64,000 bases of DNA from Candidatus Latescibacterota bacterium (GTDB taxonomy: Bacteria > Latescibacterota > UBA2968 > UBA8231): contig CBDCDC010000002.1 in NCBI GenBank assembly GCA_965215195.1, positions 1,728,001-1,792,000 on the forward strand. Reading direction: 5' to 3'. Below are positions 56,995 to 64,000 of the stretch, piece by piece (within the stretch, counting starts at the first letter, position 1; each line of letters starts with the position of its first letter). The notes beneath the pieces are model-generated. The model had not been told where the DNA came from, did not search any database, and saw nothing but the letters and a program-made list of their open reading frames with translations. Position numbers and translations under genes: made by a program.

Positions 56995-57179
56995 TTTCTT
57001 CGCGCTCCTCAGCTTCCGGCTTTAGACAAAGCGGCGATTATTGTCATTATGCCCAAAATTGGTCTCCTGTGGTTTGGGTTTCCCTGTCCTGCTTGTCAAG
57101 CAAGTACCTAAGGGGCTTTACGGCCTTTAGGCTTAGAGGTAAGATAGGAAATCAACCCTACTATCAACAGGAGAACGCC

Positions 57180-58010
57180 ATGCCCATCACCGACGCCCTC
57201 CCCGACATGGAGCGCAAGCTCAAATTCTTCAGCGCGACCAACGACAATCCCCAAAAGCTCACCCGCGCCCAGATCCGCCAGTTCAACGAACAGGGCTATA
57301 TCTGTCCCTTGGACGTGTTCACGCCGGAGGAGGCTGCGGCCAATCGCCGCTATTTCGACGCGCTCATGGACGCGGCCGCGGCCAGCGGGCACAACAGCTA
57401 TTCGATCAATGGCTGGCATCGCCACTGCCGGGGCATCTACGACTTGTTGCACGAGCCGCGCATTCTCGATTGCGTCGAAGACCTCCTCGGCCCCAACCTC
57501 GTCAGCGTTATGACCCACTACTTTTGCAAGGAGCCGGGCGATCAAAAACAGGTCGTCTGGCACCAAGACGCCTCGTACTGGCCCCTGACCCCGAGCAAGG
57601 TGGTGACCGCTTGGCTGGCTATCGACGATGTGGATGAGGAAAACGGGCCGATGACCGTCGTCCCCGGCTCGCATTTGCACGGGCAGATTCCCTTTGAGCA
57701 CAGCACGGCCGAAGAGCAAAACGTCTTGGGGCAAAGCGTGCGCGATCCGCTCCGCTGGGGCGGCGAGCCAGTGGCCTTTACCATGCGCGCCGGCCAGATG
57801 TCCCTGCACACCGACCTGCTCTTGCACGGCTCGGCCCCCAACCGCTCCACGCGCCGCCGCTGCGGCCTGACCCTGCGCTACATGCCGCCCGAGGTGCGCA
57901 CCCGCGAAGCCAAGCGCGCCAACGGCTATATTTGCCGCGGCATTGACCCGAGCGGCTACTGGATCGACCTCCCCGTGCCGACCAGCGACGAGGTGCCCCC
58001 GAAGGCCTAG
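57180..58010 (+). CDS. Phytanoyl-CoA dioxygenase (PhyH) family
   Basis: WHQD, PGSH, HGS..N..RR. Confidence 0.9.
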   Translation: MPITDALPDMERKLKFFSATNDNPQKLTRAQIRQFNEQGYICPLDVFTPEEAAANRRYFDALMDAAAASGHNSYSINGWHRHCRGIYDLLHEPRILDCVEDLLGPNLVSVMTHYFCKEPGDQKQVVWHQDASYWPLTPSKVVTAWLAIDDVDEENGPMTVVPGSHLHGQIPFEHSTAEEQNVLGQSVRDPLRWGGEPVAFTMRAGQMSLHTDLLLHGSAPNRSTRRRCGLTLRYMPPEVRTREAKRANGYICRGIDPSGYWIDLPVPTSDEVPPKA

Positions 58011-58015
58011 CTACC

Positions 58016-58963
58016 GTGCCCCTACCCGAAGCCTTTCGCGCCCGCTTGCAGTCCATACTCCCGGCCGAGCACTTTGCCGCCTGCTGGCAGAGCTTGACCG
58101 CTGAGCAGCCCACGGCCTTCCGCGCCAACGCGCTCAAAGGCGCACCTGACGCGCTCGGGGCCGAGCTAGCGGCTGCCGGCTTTGCGCTGACCCCGCTCGC
58201 TTGGAAGGCCGACGCCTTTGTCGTCCCGGCTGCCCAGCGCCGCGCCCTCACCGAGTGTGCGGCCGGCCGCGAAGGCCGGCTCTACATCCAAAACCCCTCC
58301 AGCATGGTGCCGCCGATTCTCCTGTCGCCGCAAAGCGAGGAGTGCATTCTCGACCTCGGGGCCGCCCCGGGCAGCAAGACCTTGCAGCTCGCCGAACTGA
58401 TGGGCAATCGAGGGCGCATCTGGGCCGTGGAGTCCGTGCGCGGCCGCTTCTTTCGCCTGCGCGACAACCTAGCGCGGCACGGGGCCAAAAACGTGCAAAT
58501 CCAGCTCGCCGACGGCACCCGCATCTGGCGTCGCCACCCAGAGCGCTTCGACCGCGTACTGCTCGACGCGCCGTGCTCGTCTGAAGGGCGATTCCGCGCC
58601 GATACGCCCAAAACCTATGCCTATTGGAGCGAGAAAAAGATCGCCGAGGCCAGCCGCAAACAGCGGCGACTCTGCTACTCGGCCGTGCAATGCCTCAAAC
58701 CGGGCGGGGTGTTGGTCTATTCGACCTGCACCTTTGCGCCCGAAGAAAACGAGGCCATCATCAACCGGATGCTGCGGCAGTTTGCCGGTGCCCTAACCGT
58801 CGAGGACATCGCGCTGCCTTTTGCCAACGTGGCGTCGGGCTTGAGCCAGTGGCGGGCCAAGGCGTTTGACGCGCAGGTGCAGCGGGCCAAGCGGATTCTG
58901 CCGCTGGGGGGCATGGAGGGGTTTTTCGCGTGTCGATTGCGGAAGACGGCGAGTACGAGGTAG
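58016..58963 (+). CDS. RsmB/RsmF (NOL1/NOP2) RNA m5C methyltransferase
   Basis: DLGAAPGSKT, DAPCS, YSTCT, EENE. Confidence 0.92.
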   Translation: MPLPEAFRARLQSILPAEHFAACWQSLTAEQPTAFRANALKGAPDALGAELAAAGFALTPLAWKADAFVVPAAQRRALTECAAGREGRLYIQNPSSMVPPILLSPQSEECILDLGAAPGSKTLQLAELMGNRGRIWAVESVRGRFFRLRDNLARHGAKNVQIQLADGTRIWRRHPERFDRVLLDAPCSSEGRFRADTPKTYAYWSEKKIAEASRKQRRLCYSAVQCLKPGGVLVYSTCTFAPEENEAIINRMLRQFAGALTVEDIALPFANVASGLSQWRAKAFDAQVQRAKRILPLGGMEGFFACRLRKTASTR

Positions 58964-58984
58964 TAGGGGATGGCGCGAACAGTG

Positions 58985-59504
58985 GCTCGGCACCGGTGGC
59001 ATGAATGCGCTCGGCGATCTCCACCACTGGATTCAGCACACCGGTTTCGCTATTGGCAGCCATAACCGACGCGAAGAGGACATCGTCGCCGAGCAGATCG
59101 TCAAGCGCGTCGAGAGCAACGGCCCCGCCGCTGGTCACTGGGATCGCATTGACCTCAACGAGCGACTGAGCACTCAACCACCGAGCCGTCTCCCGCACCG
59201 AGGCGTGTTCCACCGAGGATACCAGAATTCGGCCCCGATCCGCTGGCCGACTGGCAACAATTCCGCTGAGAGCGAGGTTGTTGGCTTCGGTGGCCCCGGC
59301 CGTGAAAACAACGTGCGTTGGCCGGCCCCCGACGAGCGACGCGACGCGAGCGCGAGCCTCTTCGACCGCAGCAGCTTGCCGCCGACCGAACCGATGCGTA
59401 GATGAGGCATTGCCGTACCACTCGGCGAGAGCGGGCCACATGGCCTTGCCCACGCGGGGATCAAGCGGGGAGGAGCCGTTGTAGTCGAGGTAAACCTCGA
59501 TCAC
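58985..59504 (-). pseudogene. Truncated cysteine desulfurase (IscS/NifS/DndA family)
   Basis: YLDYNGS, GNASS, GATEANN, EH, ANSETG; breaks off before the HxDA, PLP-Lys and catalytic Cys motifs. Confidence 0.8.
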
Positions 59505-59600
59505 GATGCCACCTGCTTAGGTCAACGGATTGAACTGACACATACGGCCGAATTTTGTTCGCGGATTATAGCTAAAATCAAGCCATATACCTTGTATGCG

Positions 59601-61697
59601 TCAATCCAAAGGCCGCACTTCAACCCCCAACCCCCAAGTGCGGCCCGGGGCGGGTTCAAAAAAGCGGCCCCCAAAGGCGTTGGGCACCACCGAGCCGTTG
59701 TACCGGGCGGCAAACAGGTTCTCGACCGCGACAAAGGCCCGCACGGCGCGATAGTCAATCCCCAAGCGCAGATCGACTCGCAGGTACGTGCGGTTGAAGA
59801 ACTCGTCGGGCGCGGCATCGCTTCCGGGCGGAGGGCCGTTGAAATCGTTGGCCCAGTAGCGGCCAACCCGCTCTAATTCGACTTCGGCAAACAGGCCCTG
59901 CGGACTCTCGTAGCTCAGGGCGGCGAAAAGCCGGTGGCGCGGCACACCCGGCACCTCATTGCCAGCGAGCTGAACAAGTTCACCCGCGGCCTCAACCTCG
60001 TAGTCCGCAAAAACATAGTCGCCAAAGGTGTACGCGAGGGCCGCCCGCAGTCCAGAGAGCGGCACGGCCGACAGCGAGAGTTCCAACCCGCGATTGCGCG
60101 CTTGGCCGGCGTTGCGGAAGTAAATCTCCTCGCTGTCTTCACGCTCAACCTGAAAGGGAATCAGCGCGTCGGCGATCTGGAGTTGGTACAGGGCCACCTC
60201 CAGATCCAAGTGCCCCCGACGCACGTGGCGGCGCAAGCCCGTCTCCAACCCGAGGACGCGCTCCGGGCCTAGATCTGGATTGAAGCCGCCCTCGCCGCTG
60301 GGCCGGTTGCCCAATTCAGAGGTAGTGGGCGTCTGAAAAGCCGTAGCAATGTGGGCGTACCAACGGGAGAAGGGGTCAAGGCGGTACACCACGCCCGCCA
60401 TCGGACTGAACTGGCCCATGTCGCGGGCGAGGTCGTCCACGGCAAATCGGTAGCGGTCGTAGCGGCCGCCAACAGTCGCAGTCAGCGCGGCCCCCACATC
60501 CTTTTCCAGAGACACAAACGGCCCAAAGCTCCGCACCTGTTCCTCTTGATCCACTTGGCTATCGCCGTATTGCACGAGCGAGAAAACGCGCTCGTCGGCT
60601 ACCCGCTCGCCCGCGGGCAAGCCCTCGTTGGCGAACTCGCGGCGGTCGTCGCGCTGCAAGTCCAAGTCGAGGCCGGTCACGAGGCGCGTACCGGCCCAGG
60701 CAAATTGGTGCTCGGTGCGCAGGCCGGCGGCGCGGCGGTCGAGCTCGACAATGCGGCCCGGGATGGGGTTTTTGAGCGCACGGCCAACGCCGTACAGCAC
60801 GAGGCTCGAGGCGCGGTGGTGCGGCGCATGCGGTGGGCGATATTCGAGGCGGATGCCGCCTTGGGCCTGGCGAACCTGCTTGGAGGCCCCCTGCCCAACC
60901 ACGAATCCGCGCGCGCTGCGCGGGCGGACGCGGGCGGCTTCCGCGTCGAGCGAACTCGGATTGAACAAGTAGGGCGCATCGTATAAATGCAGCAGGAGCG
61001 TCAACTCAGTATGGGGGGTGAGGGCGTGGCCAACGCGGGCGTTGAGGCCGCGGGCGCGGGCGGCGGCGTGATCGCGGTAGCCCTCGCTGCGCAGGTCGTA
61101 CGCACTGGCGAATGCGTGGGTGTTAGCGGCTCGGCCCGCAAGGCTCGCCTGTGCGCGGAACAGGCCATCGCTGCCGGCGATCAAGCGCGGCACCACGCGC
61201 CAAGCCGCCTCGGCCGGAGCTTGGGTGTGGGCCGCGAGCACGCCACCGCCCGCATTGCCGTACAGGGAAGAGCTGGGGCCGCGCAGGACCTCGATGCGGC
61301 CCGTTGATCCCAAGTCGAGGTTGTTGAGCTGGCTCTGGCCATCGGGCATGGTCAGGGGAATGCCGTCGAGCAAGACCTTGATCCCGCGGACGCCAAAGGC
61401 CGCACGCGCCCCGAGACCGCGCATGCTGAGCCGGTCGCCTTGGGAAAAGTTGTGGCGGTTGGCCACGAACAGCCCGGGCACCGGACGCAGGGACTCGGCG
61501 AGCGAGAGCCCGGGCCGGGCGCGCCCGACATCCGCGACCACGGCCGTGGCGAGCGGCAGGTCAAATCCCTCGCGGGGGGCGCGCGTTGCCGTGACTTCGG
61601 TGGGGGGCAGTTGGTAGCGGGGTTTAGGATCGTCGGCGCGGGCAGCTACGGCGATCAGGAACAGCGCTAGACCCTGGATTAACTCGTTTTTTTTCAT
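59601..61697 (-). CDS. TonB-dependent receptor
   Basis: EVTATR, LDGIP, IEVLRGPSSSLYG, ENLF, PAPGR. Confidence 0.92.
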   Translation of the reverse strand: MKKNELIQGLALFLIAVAARADDPKPRYQLPPTEVTATRAPREGFDLPLATAVVADVGRARPGLSLAESLRPVPGLFVANRHNFSQGDRLSMRGLGARAAFGVRGIKVLLDGIPLTMPDGQSQLNNLDLGSTGRIEVLRGPSSSLYGNAGGGVLAAHTQAPAEAAWRVVPRLIAGSDGLFRAQASLAGRAANTHAFASAYDLRSEGYRDHAAARARGLNARVGHALTPHTELTLLLHLYDAPYLFNPSSLDAEAARVRPRSARGFVVGQGASKQVRQAQGGIRLEYRPPHAPHHRASSLVLYGVGRALKNPIPGRIVELDRRAAGLRTEHQFAWAGTRLVTGLDLDLQRDDRREFANEGLPAGERVADERVFSLVQYGDSQVDQEEQVRSFGPFVSLEKDVGAALTATVGGRYDRYRFAVDDLARDMGQFSPMAGVVYRLDPFSRWYAHIATAFQTPTTSELGNRPSGEGGFNPDLGPERVLGLETGLRRHVRRGHLDLEVALYQLQIADALIPFQVEREDSEEIYFRNAGQARNRGLELSLSAVPLSGLRAALAYTFGDYVFADYEVEAAGELVQLAGNEVPGVPRHRLFAALSYESPQGLFAEVELERVGRYWANDFNGPPPGSDAAPDEFFNRTYLRVDLRLGIDYRAVRAFVAVENLFAARYNGSVVPNAFGGRFFEPAPGRTWGLGVEVRPLD

Positions 61698-61754
61698 AGG
61701 ATTAAAGAACACTACGAAGAAATACAGACGCAAACCGGGAGTTGGGACAACGCC

Positions 61755-62252
61755 ATGAGCATGGGGATCGCACTGGTGCTGGTGTTGGGGGGGTGCTTTG
61801 CCGCAGAGGACGGGCCGAGCGGCGCAGTGGACGTGCTGCGCAGCGAGGTAGAGTTTGTCGAAGACGCGGGGCTGGAGGGCAGCGTGGCGATCGACAGCTT
61901 GACTTGGTGGCCGCTTTTGCCGCAGCCGGGATTCGGACAAACAGCGGAAGTCGAGGGAGTCTTTGCGGCCGTGTTTCGCAATGTCGGCGAAGCCACCGCG
62001 TGGGTGCGCTACGACTTGCGGTTTTTCGACCCAGAGGAATTTCTAATCGACGCGTTTATACCCATTGGGCAGCCGGTCGTCCTCAGCGCTGGGGAAGTGC
62101 GCCGCGTGGAGGGAGATTTTCTAATCCGCACCGACGACCCGCGCGATTTTGCGCGGCTCGCCCTGATGAGGCTGGTGGCTCGCATCAGGCACCCCGTAGT
62201 CGCCCCTAGAAGGCCACAAACCCCCCGCACACGGGAATGCACTGGCCGGTGA
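61755..62252 (+). CDS. Hypothetical lipoprotein
   Basis: Lipobox LGGC after a hydrophobic stretch. Confidence 0.6.
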   Translation: MSMGIALVLVLGGCFAAEDGPSGAVDVLRSEVEFVEDAGLEGSVAIDSLTWWPLLPQPGFGQTAEVEGVFAAVFRNVGEATAWVRYDLRFFDPEEFLIDAFIPIGQPVVLSAGEVRRVEGDFLIRTDDPRDFARLALMRLVARIRHPVVAPRRPQTPRTRECTGR

Positions 62253-63003
62253 CGTAATCCGACAGCTCGGACGCCAAAAACTCCACCACCCGAGCGCAGT
62301 CTTCGGGCGTGCCCAAGCGGCCGAGGGGAATCTGCGGCTCTAAGTGCCGGCGCGATTCCTCGCTGTTGCGGCCTTGGGCCACGGCGCGGGAAGACAAAAT
62401 TAGGCCCGGGGCGATGCAGTTGACATAGATGCCATAAGGCCCGAGCTCAGCCGCGAGCACCCGCGTGTAGTGGACGATGCCGGCCTTGGCCACTTTGTAG
62501 GGCATACCGCCGCCGTCGCGCCCGCTCCACAAGCCCGCTTGCGAGGCCACGTTGACGATTTTGCCGCACCGGGCCTCCTTCATCGCCGCGCTGACCGCTT
62601 GGCAGCAGTGGATGGTGGCGGTGAGGTTGATGTCCATTATGTAGCGGTAGTGGGCTTCCCCAGCCAAGGACGCGGCTTGTTCCTCGTGCGAGCGCAAGTT
62701 GCCGCCGGCATTGTTGACGAGTATGTCGATGCGGCCAAAAGTATCAAGTGCCTCGGCGACCAAGGCATCCACAGCACGGCGGTCGGTGACATCTGCGGCA
62801 ATGCCCACGGCGCACCGGCCGAGGTTGGCGACTTCGGCTTCCACGGTCTCGGCCGTGAGTTCTTCGCCGTATTCGCGGGCGGCCTGCAGGTCTATGTCGG
62901 CGATGACAATGTCCGCGCCCAAGCGGGCGAGATGGAGGACGTAGGCGCGGCCCAAGCCGCGCGCCCCACCTGTGATGAGAGCTACCTTGCCTGCGAGCGA
63001 CAT
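62206..63003 (-). CDS. SDR family oxidoreductase
   Basis: TGGARGLG, NNAG, YKVAK, PG. Confidence 0.92.
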   Translation of the reverse strand: MSLAGKVALITGGARGLGRAYVLHLARLGADIVIADIDLQAAREYGEELTAETVEAEVANLGRCAVGIAADVTDRRAVDALVAEALDTFGRIDILVNNAGGNLRSHEEQAASLAGEAHYRYIMDINLTATIHCCQAVSAAMKEARCGKIVNVASQAGLWSGRDGGGMPYKVAKAGIVHYTRVLAAELGPYGIYVNCIAPGLILSSRAVAQGRNSEESRRHLEPQIPLGRLGTPEDCARVVEFLASELSDYVTGQCIPVCGGFVAF

Positions 63004-63127
63004 GGAAAATCTCCTTTTAGACCAAATAATTAGGCCATGAGGCCGGTCGTCGGCAACCAACAACGGGCTGGGGGAATTGGGAAAACTTGCATGGGAAGAT
63101 TAGGTGCTGACGAGTAAACGATAGCAG

Positions 63128-63259
63128 CTTAGTACCCGACCCCTAAAGTAGGCGACCCTTACTTTGAGTACGCCTTTTCTGCGGTTTCCGCTGGGTGCGG
63201 GATCGAGGGCGTCCCGCCCTCGATCCTGGGCCGGCTGAGGGCTGGTGTCGGGTAGTAAG
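63128..63259. mobile_element. MITE D (132 bp), C-type lacking one core hairpin
   Basis: TIR cttagtacccgac/gtcgggtagtaag; TSD cgatagcag. Confidence 0.82.
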
Positions 63260-63458
63260 CGATAGCAGAAAGCGATCGAATGGAAGAGGCCAACAGAGGA
63301 TGCGGTCGGCGCAAGCGGCCCTTGGCTACCCGTGCCAGCGGGCGCGGAGATTGCCTGATGATTACGGTGCGCGCAAGCATCTTCTCGGTTGCCCTGCTAT
63401 GGACAAACAGCCGCGCTGGGGCGCAGGCGAATCTGGTAGGTTCTTGGGAGGGCTGCCT

Positions 63459-64000
63459 TCACCGTTGAGGCCGTGCGGTTGGCGACGGCCGTGGCAGAGG
63501 TGTCTCGTCTCGCAGGCCCGCCAAAATAGCTGTCGCAAGCTCCATAGTAGCTATGGCCTCGTCCAAGTCCGCAGCCGGCGGGCCCATGGGGCGACCGTCC
63601 CGGATGCAGTCGAAGAAGTGGGCGGCTTGGGCTAGGGTGCTGTCTGGGCCGGCCTTTTGCAAGTGCTTGCGCTTTCCGTCGCAGACTAGCTCGCAGGTGG
63701 AAATCCCCTCTAAATAGGCCGAGATGTCGCGGCCGTGGATTTCGTAGCGCTCTAAGCGGGCGTCGGTGGTGTAGTTGGCGCAGATCTGGGCGACGCAGTC
63801 GTTTTCAAAGACGACCAATGCGGCGTGGACGTCCTTGTACTCGGATGTGCGCCGGACGAAGCTCTCGACTTCGGCGACCGGCGCTCCCCCCAAGTGGCGC
63901 ACCAAGTCAATCGCGTGGATCGGGCTTTCGAGCAGCATGTTGTCCATGACGATTGCGGGAAAGCGGCCGGCCGCAGCAAAACGGCTCATGCTCTTGTGGA
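63459..64000 (-). CDS. Gfo/Idh/MocA oxidoreductase, C-terminal part (start outside the window)
   Basis: IHAIDL, HFFDCI, AIATMEL. Confidence 0.75.
   Translation of the reverse strand, partial: HKSMSRFAAAGRFPAIVMDNMLLESPIHAIDLVRHLGGAPVAEVESFVRRTSEYKDVHAALVVFENDCVAQICANYTTDARLERYEIHGRDISAYLEGISTCELVCDGKRKHLQKAGPDSTLAQAAHFFDCIRDGRPMGPPAADLDEAIATMELATAILAGLRDETPLPRPSPTARPQR

Noticed and set aside
1-64000. Complete DGR, retron, integron, tRNA or rRNA
   Set aside because: No RT, integrase, AAC-rich template repeat, attC array or RNA gene signature recognised by eye

Overview
GC-rich bacterial chromosomal window. PorU/PorV, YPNP-type sorting domains, PhyH/SDR/Gfo-Idh-MocA genes and an FGE-tipped repeat protein suggest an FCB-superphylum lineage such as Latescibacterota; this is inferred, not tested. 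1-15.3 kb: a minus-strand T9SS-attachment-like operon (porU, porV, M6-like protein, TolB/BamA-like barrel with a zinc motif, two secreted paralogs), interrupted by a three-gene restriction-modification cassette. PorU has Ser in place of its catalytic Cys, and the M6 protein has lost HExxH. Both barrel genes share a duplicated leader that can fold over the Shine-Dalgarno. 15-30 kb is mostly housekeeping (rpmB, glcE, polyprenyl synthase, apbE, secDF, yggS/yggT, ileS, dksA-like, lspA, rluD). 30-47 kb is accessory-rich: two KID-repeat coiled-coil cassettes around a VapBC pair, a toxin-antitoxin pair inside a 72-bp duplication of an SDR 3' end, a 1569-aa hypervariable repeat protein with a DGR-target-like C-terminus, and IS982. 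Four REP-containing MITEs lie at 44.5-63.3 kb. 47-64 kb holds htpG, proA, metabolic genes, a TonB receptor, an A11-frameshifted small gene and a truncated cysteine desulfurase. No rRNA, tRNA, CRISPR array or reverse transcriptase was seen.
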